64,000 nt of DNA from Candidatus Bathyarchaeota archaeon (GCA_963833125.1 CAWHWX010000001.1:345702-409701); one strand, 5' to 3'; shown: positions 1 through 10,357, counted from the first letter of the stretch. Translations and numbers: made by a program. The notes: generated from the sequence alone by a model not told the origin.

Positions 1-863
1 GCTCCGCCTCTAAGCAGGGGTCTTAGGTCGAATCCAGTTTTGTCAAAGAGACACGGAACTATTTTGCCATCCGCGGAAAGACGGATTCTGTCGCAATCGG
101 AGCAGAATGGTTCGGTTATTGAAGTAATTATTCCGATCTCACCTTTTCCGTCTTGAAACTTGTAGAGCTTTGCAGTGCTTCCGGCTTGGCGTGGAACTGG
201 GGCCAGCGGGTAGTGTTCTCGAATTCTTTCCACAATCTCATTGCCGCTCACTACCTTATCCATGCCCCAATGTTGTTGACCATCGAAGGGCATGTATTCA
301 ATGAATCTCACCGTGACGTCGCCCGCTATCGCAAGGGAAGCCAGGTCCGCAACCTCGTCATCATTGCAGCCGCGAATGATTACGGCGTTTATTTTGAGAG
401 GTTTGAAGCCGCTTGATTTCGCAGCTCTTATTCCAGCGACAACGGTCTCGAGGACACCGCCTCCCGTTATCTGGCTGAACCTTTCGGGCTTGAGGCTGTG
501 AAGGCTTACAGTGACTCCCTTCAACCCGGCCTTTCTTAGGGCCGAGGCTTTCTCAGACAGGAGGAATCCGTTCGTGGTCATGCTGAGCTGGCGGAGTTTG
601 GGAATCTTAGCTAAGAGAGCGACTAGTTCCTCGATGTCGCGGCGCATTAAGGGTTCGCCGCCACTCAACCGTATGTTCTCTACACCCATACCCACGAAGA
701 GAGATGCAACTCGCTGAATCTCCTCATAGCTGAGAATCTCGCTCTGCGGCAACCAGACCGGGTGTGTGGGCATGCAGAACTGACAGCGGAAGTTACAGCG
801 GTCCGTAACCGAAATTCGGAGCTTACGCGCAACGCGCCCATAAGAATCGGTTAGAACCGGCAC
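1..863 (-). CDS. moaA: GTP 3',8-cyclase (molybdenum cofactor biosynthesis, radical SAM); runs off the window start
   Basis: Manual translation from GTG 863: MPVLTDSYGRVARKLRISVTDRCNFRCQFCMP (CxxxCxxC), LSGGEPLMR, FCSDCDRIRLSADGKIVPCLF. Absent from the ORF track because there is no stop codon in the window. Confidence 0.93.
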   Translation of the reverse strand, partial: MPVLTDSYGRVARKLRISVTDRCNFRCQFCMPTHPVWLPQSEILSYEEIQRVASLFVGMGVENIRLSGGEPLMRRDIEELVALLAKIPKLRQLSMTTNGFLLSEKASALRKAGLKGVTVSLHSLKPERFSQITGGGVLETVVAGIRAAKSSGFKPLKINAVIIRGCNDDEVADLASLAIAGDVTVRFIEYMPFDGQQHWGMDKVVSGNEIVERIREHYPLAPVPRQAGSTAKLYKFQDGKGEIGIITSITEPFCSDCDRIRLSADGKIVPCLFDKTGFDLRPLLRGG

Positions 864-942
864 TAGACCTAAGCCGCCCTATGTAGCATGCAGAAAGTGC
901 ATCATTTAAAGCCTAATTTTCCCCATCAAGAGTGAACCAGAT

Positions 943-1407
943 ATGAGTCCATCAGGACCTCCGCTGGTGTCCTCATCCTCTGAGCAAATTGTATTGTTCG
1001 TTTGCGTGGAGAATACCTTTCGTAGTATCATAAGTGAAGCTATTTTCAACACATATGCACCAAAAGGCTGGCATGCAGAAAGCGCCGGCGTGCAACCCAG
1101 CGAAGCCATCAACCCAGTCGCCATCGAGCTCCTACGAGAGATTGGAATCGAAATCGGCTCGAAAAAGCCTAGGTCGGTCACGCCGGAGTTAGTCGCCGGT
1201 GCAACTCGGATCGTCACTTTCGGCTGCTTAGACCGCTGTCCCATCGGTGCTAAAGAAAAATCGGAGGATTGGCCTATCCCCGGGAGCACGACCGGGAAGA
1301 ATGGCTCTCTGAGGAGCCCTGTCGAGTTACATGCGATTCGCGGTGAACTAGAACGCCGGATTCTCAAGTTAATCCATGAAATCGAACGAAGCACACCAGC
1401 TCAGTAA
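943..1407 (+). CDS. Arsenate reductase / LMW phosphotyrosine phosphatase family protein
   Basis: LFVCVENTFRS (CX5R P-loop), ESAGVQP, GCLDRCP, EDWPIP. Confidence 0.8.
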   Translation: MSPSGPPLVSSSSEQIVLFVCVENTFRSIISEAIFNTYAPKGWHAESAGVQPSEAINPVAIELLREIGIEIGSKKPRSVTPELVAGATRIVTFGCLDRCPIGAKEKSEDWPIPGSTTGKNGSLRSPVELHAIRGELERRILKLIHEIERSTPAQ

Positions 1408-1463
1408 ATACGTCAACCACCATCGAAACAATATATCGGCGGGGTTAAGGTAATGGTGCAGCC

Positions 1464-1715
1464 ATGCCTAGAAAACTTCCGTCCTCATACTTGCGGAAAC
1501 TGAACGAGGAACAGAAAAGAACCAAAGTTTACGCTGAGAAAGCGGCAGAAAAGAAACTGGAGCCAAAGGATCCGGATTCGGGAAAGCTCAAAGGGTTTAC
1601 GGGGATTTGTCAAACGTGTGGGTCTCGCACGAAATTCACTGTAGACAAGTTTGGGTACGCGACATGCGGAAACTGTAGGGCAATTGCCAGTTACAAGTTC
1701 GGGCACGTAGCGTAA
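1464..1715 (+). CDS. Small zinc-ribbon protein
   Basis: 83 aa with CQTC...CGNC pairs; GGTG SD-like motif upstream. Confidence 0.55.
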   Translation: MPRKLPSSYLRKLNEEQKRTKVYAEKAAEKKLEPKDPDSGKLKGFTGICQTCGSRTKFTVDKFGYATCGNCRAIASYKFGHVA

Positions 1716-1733
1716 TCTGAGTTCGATAGGAAG

Positions 1734-2399
1734 CTACGTAACCACAGGTTGCTCGAGAGCATCAACACTCGCTTCATCTAGATCAAGATCGAAGACTTCC
1801 TCGAACCTCCTTCGAACCTGCTCTTTCACATCACGGAACTTCAGGTCTGTCCCAAGCAGGGCTTTCATCGAGGTCATGGTTGAACCAGAGAACCCGCAAG
1901 GGTTAATCTTGTGGAAGTAACTCAAGTCCGTGTTCGCGTTGAGCGCGAATCCGTGAAAGCTTACCCAGTTTCTGATCGCTGCCCCGATTGAAGCAATCTT
2001 CTTGCTTCCTACCCATACACCAGTCTGCTCTCCTCGCCCCCCAGCTATCCCAAACTTCCCAATCGTCAGAATGAGAGTTTGCTCAATATTTCTTAGGAAT
2101 CGATGAATGTCTCGCTCTCTCTCATTCAAGTCTAGAATCGGATAACCCACTACCTGTCCCAAGCCGTGGTACGTCCATTGGCCCCCGCGCTCTATTCGAT
2201 AGACTGGGATGCCATCTATTTGGGGAGGGATGTCCCCAGACACGGCTTTGCCTACTGTGAATACATGTGGATGCTCCACCAAGATCAAGCTATCCGGAAT
2301 CAGTTTCCTCGCTCGAAGATCAACGAGCTTCCGCTGAAGTTCCCAGACTTCTGCATACTCTCGTTGTCCGAGGTCGAGTAGATTTCCTTTCGTTGTCAT
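1734..2399 (-). CDS. lipB: Lipoyl(octanoyl) transferase
   Basis: LVEHPHVFTVG, RGGQWTYHGLGQVVGYPI, KIASIG, SFHGFALN, INPCG. Confidence 0.92.
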   Translation of the reverse strand: MTTKGNLLDLGQREYAEVWELQRKLVDLRARKLIPDSLILVEHPHVFTVGKAVSGDIPPQIDGIPVYRIERGGQWTYHGLGQVVGYPILDLNERERDIHRFLRNIEQTLILTIGKFGIAGGRGEQTGVWVGSKKIASIGAAIRNWVSFHGFALNANTDLSYFHKINPCGFSGSTMTSMKALLGTDLKFRDVKEQVRRRFEEVFDLDLDEASVDALEQPVVT

Positions 2400-3787
2400 T
2401 TTTGTAGGATGTGAATCGCTTTTCCTTTTGCTGCCTCGGCTGCCTCCATCACACTTTCTGGTAAAGTGGGGTGGGGGTGAACTGTGAGTCCAATGTCTTC
2501 TAATGTTGCTCCCATTTCTATGGCGAGAGCGGCCTCGCTGATTAGGTCAGAGGCTTCGGTACCAACTATGTGAACACCGAGAACCAAGTCGGAGTTCTTG
2601 TCGGCCACTATCTTGGTGAAACCCTCGGTTTCCCCTGCGAGGAGTGCGCGTCCCAAGGCTGTAAACGGAAACTTCCCAACGATAGGTTCGTACCCCTTTT
2701 CTTTTGCTTGCGATTCGGTGAGGCCGACAGTTGCGATTTCTGGGTCGGTGAATATGACTCCTGGGATCGCATGAAAGTCAGCTTCACTGCTCATTCCCGC
2801 GATAACCTCCGCGGCTACAATCCCTTCCTTGGAGGCCTTGTGTGCGAGCATGGGTGGTCCCACCACATCACCGATCGCATAGATTCCTGGTGAGCTGGTT
2901 TGCATCTTCTTGTTGACTTGAATGAACCCGTGGGAATCAGTTTGGACCCCGGCCTTTTCCAAGCCGATTTCGTCGCTATTTGGACGCCTTCCGACGGTGA
3001 CCAAGACCTTGTCAGCCTCAAATGCGCCTTCCTTCCCGTCCTCTAGGGTGGCGTAGATTTTCCCGTCACGATATTCCTTTGCCTTGGATTTGACATGATA
3101 TTCAATGCCAAGTTTTCGAAGTGACCTTTCGACGACTCTCACGAGGTCAATGTCGGTTCCCGGGAGAAGTTGGTCTAACATTTCGATTATGGTCACCTTC
3201 GTTCCAAGTTGGGCGTACATAGTTCCCATCTCCAATCCAGTCACGCCGCCCCCGATTATGCCCAACTTTTTCGGGACTTGCTGAAGTGAGAGTGCTTCGG
3301 TTGAGCTGATTATGCTGGTTCCGTTGAACTTGAAAGTGGGAAGGTCGAAGTAACGCGAACCCGTTGCTATGATGATGTCCTTTGCTTCAATGATCTCCGT
3401 CCCAGTCGACTCTTAACTTCAAGCTGGTGAGCGTCAATGAATTTCCCGGATCCTTTTACGAGCTTGACGTTGTTTCCTTTGAGTAGGTAATCGATACCCG
3501 ATACTAAGCCGATCGACTACACCCTGTTTCCATGCTTGCACTTTAGCAAAATCTACGTTAACCCCGGTTACCTCTAGGCCAATCTGTTTGGCTGCTTCTA
3601 CCCGCTGTTTTAGTTTCGCGACGCGGATAAGTGCCTTCGAGGGTATACATCCAATGTTTAGGCATACACCGCCTAGCTTTTCTTTTTCTATGAGGATCGT
3701 TTCCTTTCCGAGCTGCCCGAGTCTTATGGCTGCAACATAACCGCCCGGCCCACTCCCAAGCACAGCAGCTTCCGTCTTCTGTGTCAT
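2396..3787 (-). CDS. lpdA: Dihydrolipoamide dehydrogenase (E3); two small frameshifts near 3400-3510
   Basis: GSGPGGYVAAIR, GGVCLNIGCIPSKAL, IIIATGS (intermediate frame), IIGGGVTGLE, HPHPTLPE. Confidence 0.93.
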
Positions 3788-3959
3788 TTTAACCCCTAAA
3801 TTCAGATTTATGAGGCGAATGTTAGGCTTAATCCTAAAAGTTTGCTTCGACCCTCCCGAACCTCCCGTTCGGATTTCTCCAGCCGTTCAGCCACCTCGTC
3901 GAGTTCGGCTAGGTACTGGATCTCAAATCACCGATTGCTCGCAGAAATCTAGACGTATG

Positions 3960-4037
3960 GCAAAGCTACGCTAACCTGGTCTACCGTAGCGGTTTAATGG
4001 TAGTCCAGACTGAGTTCAAATTCAGTTGCCCGCACCA
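3960..4037 (+). pseudogene. Degenerate tRNA-like remnant (tRNA-Gly-like ends)
   Basis: CTAACCTGGTCTA (D-loop-like), 30-nt spacer, CTGAGTTCAAATTCAG (T-arm-like), 3' GCCCGCACCA; acceptor and anticodon stems do not pair. Confidence 0.35.
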
Positions 4038-4053
4038 CTAGACCCACACACAC
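4031..4053 (+). repeat. 23-bp direct repeat, copy 1 (CGCACCACTAGACCCACACACAC)
   Basis: Identical to 7130-7152. Confidence 0.9.
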
Positions 4054-4090
4054 TGAACGACCCGCCGGAAGACTGCCCTCGACTAATTCT

Positions 4091-4426
4091 TCAAGTGTTC
4101 AACGTCCATCCCATTAGATCTCTTACAAGTGTGATCTGTTCGCGTATTACGTCCACAAGCTTCTTCACTGGTTGTAACGCTGCGAGGTATGCGCCTTGCG
4201 ACCCGTAAGTTGTTGCAATAAGCTCTTCATGCTGCCGGTTATAATGCTCGCAATGAATGAACAGGTTTCGCAATGCTCTAAATTGGATAGGTTTTAGCTG
4301 AAACAGAAGTCCACTCGACTTTGCGACTTCCCATGAATCAAGAGGGATGTACGGAAGCTTATCGGAGTCAAGTTCGTGAAACACTTGATCCATCACATCA
4401 ACCTCTTCTCTCAGTAACAAAAGCAA
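4091..4426 (-). CDS. Hypothetical protein
   Basis: 111-aa ORF co-oriented directly downstream of the nuclease ORF. Confidence 0.45.
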   Translation of the reverse strand: MLLLLREEVDVMDQVFHELDSDKLPYIPLDSWEVAKSSGLLFQLKPIQFRALRNLFIHCEHYNRQHEELIATTYGSQGAYLAALQPVKKLVDVIREQITLVRDLMGWTLNT

Positions 4427-4431
4427 CTTGC

Positions 4432-5025
4432 CTAGGTCGCCTTCCTGTTTCTCCCACTTCCGTTGAGCGGCGGGTATGCGATAAGTAACACGAATTGAGT
4501 GGGATTTAGCGAAATCTGTTCGAAGAGACCCTCGTAGCCACAGACTGGTTTATCGCAACGGTTCGGTGCAACAAGCTCTGGGGTATACTCGGTTCTGCAA
4601 CGAGGGCATCTAACCATACGCTTTCCTGACCACGCAATCGTCGCGAATCCAGCATTGGCATAGATTGGTGCCCAACTTTCCGCGTCGAGTTGAGGAATGA
4701 CAACACTAACAGTGTCAGTTGGGTGGCTTCTCTTGTACTTTTTGAGTTGTCTTAGTGTTCCTCCGATATCATATTCGTGAATCTCCCCAACCCGCAAAAC
4801 CTTGACGTGCGTCTTTATCTCGAATCTTAGTCTATGATTCGAGGTCGTGGCTGAAACATCGGGCCAGCCTTCCCCAGAAGGATCTTCCAGATCGAAGCCC
4901 AAGAGATCTTCCCGCACCAGTTCTTTTGTGATTGTTCTTAGACCACCATCCAGAACAAACGTGCGAGCAACATCATCCTGAAGAGTCACTGACCGGACAC
5001 TTCCTACTCCTTTGCAATGGATCAC
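4432..5025 (-). CDS. PD-(D/E)XK restriction-endonuclease-like protein with C-terminal Zn ribbon
   Basis: WPDVSA...FEIKT motif; CPRC...CDKPVC. Confidence 0.6.
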   Translation of the reverse strand: MIHCKGVGSVRSVTLQDDVARTFVLDGGLRTITKELVREDLLGFDLEDPSGEGWPDVSATTSNHRLRFEIKTHVKVLRVGEIHEYDIGGTLRQLKKYKRSHPTDTVSVVIPQLDAESWAPIYANAGFATIAWSGKRMVRCPRCRTEYTPELVAPNRCDKPVCGYEGLFEQISLNPTQFVLLIAYPPLNGSGRNRKAT

Positions 5026-5058
5026 GTCTGGGAGACATTATGTGATCTCCACACTGTT

Positions 5059-5865
5059 CTAGGTTTTGGTTATTGGAATGCCAAAGTCGGCAAAAGTCTT
5101 CTGGATCTCAGAATTGGCCAGACTTACTGCTATCCCGTATAGACTTGGTATCTTTATCCAAATTTCTTGGCCGTTCTTCTCCAAATGCCTTTGACGAACT
5201 GGCATGGGTTGAAAGCGTGTGCAAATAGCATGAACATTTCCAGTCGATTGAGCGATAATAGGTCCACCGCTATTTCCGTAGTTCAAAGCCTTGTCAAGCA
5301 CGTATACCTTTGTATCCGCCGCGGACATCACCATTCTTGACTTCTCGAAAGTTGAAGAAACTATTGCAGATGTAACTCGCGGGGAATGCTCAACTATTCC
5401 GACTGTTGCGCCCGGCATTTCGAATGATTTTGCCATCGACAATGGGTACCCAAATGAGTATACGGGCTCTCCCTCCTCCAAGTCGCGCACTGAAGTGAGT
5501 ATGTAGGGAAACTCAGTTTTTCCTTGTAGCCAAGCCTTGTTGGAGTTCTTTGCGAAATCAACTTTTATTAGCGCAAAATCATTTTTCGAATCTACATGTT
5601 TTAGCTCAACGTACTGACACATGTCTCCGGGTCTCCCTTGCCCTGGTCGAGATTCTTTCATCAACCAAGCCTGGTTGACATCATCTCGAACTTTTGCTGA
5701 CTCACCTTCGCCATGCATTACGACATGTGCAGCCGTAGCAAACCAGCCGTCACTTGACACGAAGAAACCTGTTCCTGCAGGTGTTGGCAGACCTTTGTTC
5801 AAATCGCTGGGAAGATCGATAGAGAACGTGGCAGTTTGTGTTCGACTAAGGGTTTTCCTAATCAT
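5059..5865 (-). CDS. Trypsin-like serine protease (Trypsin_2-like)
   Basis: GTGFFVS, TAAHV (His), DFALIK (Asp), GYP, GNSGGP (Ser). Confidence 0.88.
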   Translation of the reverse strand: MIRKTLSRTQTATFSIDLPSDLNKGLPTPAGTGFFVSSDGWFATAAHVVMHGEGESAKVRDDVNQAWLMKESRPGQGRPGDMCQYVELKHVDSKNDFALIKVDFAKNSNKAWLQGKTEFPYILTSVRDLEEGEPVYSFGYPLSMAKSFEMPGATVGIVEHSPRVTSAIVSSTFEKSRMVMSAADTKVYVLDKALNYGNSGGPIIAQSTGNVHAICTRFQPMPVRQRHLEKNGQEIWIKIPSLYGIAVSLANSEIQKTFADFGIPITKT

Positions 5866-6252
5866 CGATTGTACCTTCTATCCTTGCAGCGACCTTACGA
5901 TACACTCGAAAACTTTTTCGACCTTTGGCGTTTTGTCGGAGATAATGAAGCGTACTCTTGCCAATGCCCCGTTGTTTGGCATGAGATCCAGTGAGCGAGA
6001 ATCTTAGCGCGCATTCCAAGATCCGCATTTCGTACTAGCCTTGGTGCAGGATAGTCCGCACTACAATTTCAACACGCCGAACAGTAGCGCGTCACGGCCG
6101 GCGGCTGCGAAGAGTGGTGCAGGGTGTGGGTATTCATGGTTTGAGGTTTGTAAGTTTATGGCGAGTTGGGGATGTTTATGAAATCAATATGCTTTCGTTT
6201 CTTGGAACTTGGATAGACATAAGAAGAATCAATGGTAACCTTCCGGCCTGCA

Positions 6253-7094
6253 ATGACCCGAAGAACAAAGGTCCCGAAACAGATCGAAGCAAGCGTTCTC
6301 TTTGAGAATGATCACACATGCTGCATTTGCAGAGAACCGCGGGAAAGACGTAATAACACATCATATAGACGGAGACAGCAGTAACAATGATCCGACGAAC
6401 CTAGCCGTTCTCTGTCACGATTGTCATAGCAGAGTCACAGGTACACACGGCCTTGGCCGGAAATACTCTTCAATAGAGGTCGGGAAGTACAAACGGGATT
6501 GGGAGTTCATTGTACGAAAGAAGCGGCACCTTATCATTGAACCGTATCGGAAACTTGAGAAATCTGAAGTGAGATCCACTAGATTCGAGATCAAAAGAAA
6601 TCTGTACGAGCTAGCCGACGGAGAATGGCAAACGAGCCAAAGAGATACTGGAGCTACTAGACATTTATTACATCTATGAGGGCGAGTCGGATTATGTTTT
6701 GGATACGCTAAACGTTCTGGTACCACTCACTCACGGCGCCACAAACCGCCTCGCAGCGGAGTACGCTCTTCACTATTTTTGGCATCTCCCCGGACCAGAG
6801 TACACCCAGATCACAAAGAAAGACATGCGAATTATAGGCAAGGCCATACAATTTCTTACTTGGATGGGGGAATACAGTGCTGAATTCGGCGAAGAAGGCA
6901 CGACAGTACGGGCGGCCTTGAGAGCTCTTCACTCACTATTCGAGACGGTCAGCTCCTACCACGTGAAGAAGCTGGAGACCAGAATTAAGAAATCATATCG
7001 GTCAATCAGGAAGGCAATGCTGGCGTCCGAATATCCGAAAAGAGAAAAGAAGTCGATCATAGCGACCGCAGATTCTTACTTGAGAAGAACATAG
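6253..7094 (+). CDS. HNH endonuclease with C-terminal helical extension (two frameshifts)
   Basis: MTRRTKVPKQIEASVLFENDHTCCICRE joins HHIDGDSSNNDPTNLAVLCHDCH and probably continues into ORF 6699-7094. Confidence 0.7.
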
Positions 7095-7129
7095 ATGGAA
7101 TAGAAGTTCGTCACGGGCGGCGGGGGCGG

Positions 7130-7152
7130 CGCACCACTAGACCCACACACAC
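7130..7152 (+). repeat. 23-bp direct repeat, copy 2
   Basis: Identical to 4031-4053. Confidence 0.9.
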
Positions 7153-7172
7153 GAAGCGCTACATTACAAGTC

Positions 7173-7949
7173 CTACGTGACCAGTGTTGCTTCGCCGTTT
7201 TGTTTAATTTGGATTTCGTGCCATCGAGCATCGTGCGGCTGGCCCTTTAGGCTTCTGATGCGGAGGAGGTTCTTCGCTTCCTCATCTCGCTCCTTAACCC
7301 GCACGTCGATAACTCCGTCAATGTCGCTTTCCAATCGTTTGTAAAATGACTCCGTATGAATACCACGGACAAATCCGTTGAGAAGTATCCTTTTGGCTCT
7401 CCGGCAGTTTGGGTTGACTCTGCTGATCGCCCCTTCCAGGTAGGGTTTCTCTTCATTGAATCGAAGCAATTGCGAGCTGGACCCCGCTACGGTGAGAGCG
7501 CCTGGAGGCCAAGTTTCAAAGGCGTCCCCAGATTCGGGGCCTTGCGTCATATCCTTGAGGTATTGAACGCTGAGGTCGGAGAGTTTCAGAGAAATGCGCA
7601 CGGTATCCTCCCTCGATCGGTTCGAACATAGAGGGCCCTCCTTCCTCAAGTCTACCCCCGGTAAGCGTTGCTGAATACCAGTCGTCCAAGGCAAAACGGC
7701 CTTCGCTAATCACCGTTGAGACATCAACGCCCAACGCAAGCAGCCTCTCCCTAACGGTTTCTGGGGATCCAAGCATGGCGGTGTATGATACGCGTCCCCC
7801 TGCACGAAGGTAACCTGCGGTGATCGTGCCGCAACAGGTAACCATTAGGATTCTGGATCAAATTCAACAAGGAATAATGTTCCAGGTTTAACTCCATCCG
7901 GGATGAGGTCGGTTAGGACTGGGATGCTGACTAGGTGGTCAGAGGGCAA
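7173..7949 (-). pseudogene. RAD55/KaiC-like (RecA-fold) protein with degenerate Walker A; disrupted by a stop codon and frameshifts
   Basis: IPVLTDLIPDGVKPGTLFLVEFDPES*W..., FYKRLESDIDGVIDVRV...NLLRIRSLKGQPHD; three fragments. True pseudogene or assembly error. Confidence 0.65.
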
Positions 7950-8129
7950 GGTAGGGCGAGGGAAGCAGTGGTTGAGGTCACCAAAAGGATTGACGGTTGA
8001 ACTCGTTTTTTCTGGGGGGAAGTGCACACCACTAAAGCCCGGTTCTGTTAACTTAAACGGGTGGTCGAGTCAGTGTTTTCCCATGTTAACTATTCGGGAG
8101 GTTATTCGATAGTCTATCGGATGCTAACT

Positions 8130-8264
8130 CTAGAGTTCGCTTAGGAGATCGGTTAGCCTCTTTTCTAGCTTCTTGAGTTTTGGTTCAATAATATAGAATT
8201 GAAAGTGGTTGACGGCTAGGCCGATCATCTTTTGAATTTCGCTCTCGTCAGGTTCGCTCAACAT
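8130..8264 (-). CDS. Small hypothetical protein (44 aa)
   Basis: MLSEPDESEIQKMIGLAVNHFQFYIIEPKLKKLEKRLTDLLSEL*, with a strong GAGGTGA SD upstream; below the ORF-track cutoff. Confidence 0.5.
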   Translation of the reverse strand: MLSEPDESEIQKMIGLAVNHFQFYIIEPKLKKLEKRLTDLLSEL

Positions 8265-8538
8265 TCTTCTTTCACCTCTATGACGAGAGGTCTTCGTACG
8301 TACCTTAAGAGAACTTTTCTTCTTTCCAACGAATCGAAGTTTAATTAAATCTCAGTGTTAATTCGTGAAAGCAGTTTTCTTATTTTTGTATCTTAGACGA
8401 AAATGACGGGGAAATCGTTGGGGGATTTGTTCAGCCGACGACTTGCAAACCAGTTTTTCAGCCTCTTGCGAACATATAGAATGGCGGGCGTCATGGCTGG
8501 AATCGCAGTCAAGACGACTTCAACCATTTGAATGCCGA

Positions 8539-8871
8539 TCAATAAATCCACTCCTCCTTAAGCTGCCGCCGAACACCTGTTATGCCAAATGCCTCTTTCA
8601 CCCAATCGCTAATGGAAGCTGGCTCCATGTATTTTTGCGTGAAATAACGAACTCCAAGCGTTCCAATCCCCATGTTGCAATTGTAGCACAAAGGAACGAG
8701 ATTCCTTAGGCTGTCACTTCCACCCCTTGACTTTGCGATCTTGTGACCAACATGCCATGCACCGTGCTGACCCTGTTGCCTATTTGAAAAAGAAAGCCAC
8801 TTCCCGCAAATGTAACACTGACCATTGTTCGATTCGAAAACCAACATTTCTCTCTCGGCTTGAGTAAACAC
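8539..8871 (-). CDS. HNH endonuclease
   Basis: CYICGK...WHVGHKIAKSRGGSDSLRNLVPLCYNCN. Confidence 0.85.
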   Translation of the reverse strand: MFTQAEREMLVFESNNGQCYICGKWLSFSNRQQGQHGAWHVGHKIAKSRGGSDSLRNLVPLCYNCNMGIGTLGVRYFTQKYMEPASISDWVKEAFGITGVRRQLKEEWIY

Positions 8872-8895
8872 GGGCAGTCCCCTCTATTCTTGAGA

Positions 8896-9129
8896 TTATG
8901 CGTTCATTCTTCTCAGCAATCGGATGCGTTCTTTCTTCTCCCTGTCCCACTCAAGCTTTCCACGCGGTAAGGGTTTAGGACCACCGATTTCGAGCTCGGC
9001 ACGATCTGGAGAAATTGTATTGATTACTGTTTCCCCGACCTTGGGTTTTCGTGAAGCATGGCCCACCCTAAAGTATTTGGGGCTTTTACGCCTAAACATT
9101 GACCTACTCCCTCCCAATCTAAAGCTCAA
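8896..9129 (-). CDS. Hypothetical basic protein
   Basis: Co-oriented small ORF; GGGAGGGAG SD before an internal ATG (MFRRK...). Confidence 0.45.
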   Translation of the reverse strand: MSFRLGGSRSMFRRKSPKYFRVGHASRKPKVGETVINTISPDRAELEIGGPKPLPRGKLEWDREKKERIRLLRRMNA

Positions 9130-9380
9130 ACCTGAACGCCCTCTATCGTATGGAAGAATGCTTTGTCAAATACTGGTTGCCAAGTCGGATGGTCTTTCTT
9201 CACACACTCGATACATTGCGCAAGGGTTTCTTCCTTAGTCTTCCCCAACTTCAACCCTTCTCGTCTTAAGGCATTGTAAAAGCCACGCAAATCTGCTTGA
9301 CCATCGTAGATGTGCCTACCCGTCCTCGGAATATGTTGAAGTTCGCCGTTAACTATCTGTGTCATCTCTTCCTTTTTCAT
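9126..9380 (-). CDS. Hypothetical protein
   Basis: 84 aa, tightly packed with its neighbours; GGGTG SD. Confidence 0.55.
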   Translation of the reverse strand: MKKEEMTQIVNGELQHIPRTGRHIYDGQADLRGFYNALRREGLKLGKTKEETLAQCIECVKKDHPTWQPVFDKAFFHTIEGVQV

Positions 9381-9383
9381 AAT

Positions 9384-9539
9384 TCACACCCATTCATGCC
9401 CACAGGAAGCCGCACCGCATCTATGAGGTTCTACGTGTCCTTTAGGAAGAACGCAACCGTGAATGTGAGTCGTGTCGGTAGCTTTGCCAACTCCACAACG
9501 GTCAGGTGGAGCATACTCAGTTAGATGTGCTCTATTCAT
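9384..9539 (-). CDS. Small Cys/His-rich protein
   Basis: MNRAHLTEYAPPDRCG...HGCVLPKGHVEPHRCGAASCGHEWV. Confidence 0.45.
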   Translation of the reverse strand: MNRAHLTEYAPPDRCGVGKATDTTHIHGCVLPKGHVEPHRCGAASCGHEWV

Positions 9540-9709
9540 CCGAGTCACCGAGACAGAAGGAGAAGGTGATGGGTATTGAGAAGTTGATCGTAGCGCAGCT
9601 GCCACAAGAGCACTCAATTGGATGATTTTGTGAACGCTGATAGAGCCAAGCTAGACCTTCGACAGCGAGAGCAACTAAAGCCGCATTCCTTCGCTTCAAT
9701 AGCAGTCAC

Positions 9710-10138
9710 TTATCCGAAAAGATTCGCAAAGAACTGGAATACAGGCAAGAGAAAACCGAACGCAAAAAGCATTGGTGCTAGGTATTTGCAAGCTTTCTTA
9801 ACCGCTAACAATTGGTCATGCTGTTGACCACTGAACGCCAATGTCAAAGCAACCATGCCCAAGACGAAGCCAGCACTTGTGAGCCAGTTTATCCCAACCC
9901 ATCCAGCGATCTGAAGTCTTAGTTCGGGAATGCCCATCGTAAAAGTCCATGTTAGAATGCCATGCTCAACTAGGAGTGTGGGAAAATACAGGATTATGGT
10001 TACGACTGCGCAGAAGAAAGCCCAAACACCGCTACGCCACCTAACCGAATCGGCAAAGCGATTCGAGATGGCCATTAATCCACCAAGGACCACACCAGCA
10101 AATAGTCCAACGAATAGAGGATCTCCTAGCATGTCCAT
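9710..10138 (-). CDS. Hypothetical membrane protein (~4 TM)
   Basis: Several hydrophobic stretches. Confidence 0.55.
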   Translation of the reverse strand: MDMLGDPLFVGLFAGVVLGGLMAISNRFADSVRWRSGVWAFFCAVVTIILYFPTLLVEHGILTWTFTMGIPELRLQIAGWVGINWLTSAGFVLGMVALTLAFSGQQHDQLLAVKKACKYLAPMLFAFGFLLPVFQFFANLFG

Positions 10139-10192
10139 GTTAGTGCTACACTGTCCTAGCTGTACAGTTAGGACAGTAATTATACTGTATTA

Positions 10193-10357
10193 TTAAGCTT
10201 TGCTCGGACGTTGGACAGGCTGTATGAATACCTCTTTGCCCTTTGACACAAGCGCCACGTACTCTGGGTCACCGAGATCAGTCATTACATCCTTAGGAAT
10301 TGTAATTCTCTTGCTACCTGAGCCAGTTGGGAATACCTTCACAATCTTGAAGCTCAT
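10193..10357 (-). CDS. AbrB/MazE/SpoVT-like DNA-binding protein
   Basis: MSFKIVKVFPTGSGSKRITIPKDV...EVFIQPV; AAGGAAGGAG SD upstream. Confidence 0.7.
   Translation of the reverse strand: MSFKIVKVFPTGSGSKRITIPKDVMTDLGDPEYVALVSKGKEVFIQPVQRPSKA

Noticed and set aside
153-717. Plus-strand ORFs 153-416, 292-501 and 511-717, and similar antisense ORFs throughout the track
   Set aside because: These are shadow ORFs opposite well-supported genes (here moaA).
4031-7152. Integron attC cassette array
   Set aside because: The repeats lack RYYYAAC/GTTRRRY ends and internal symmetry; there are only two copies and no intI.
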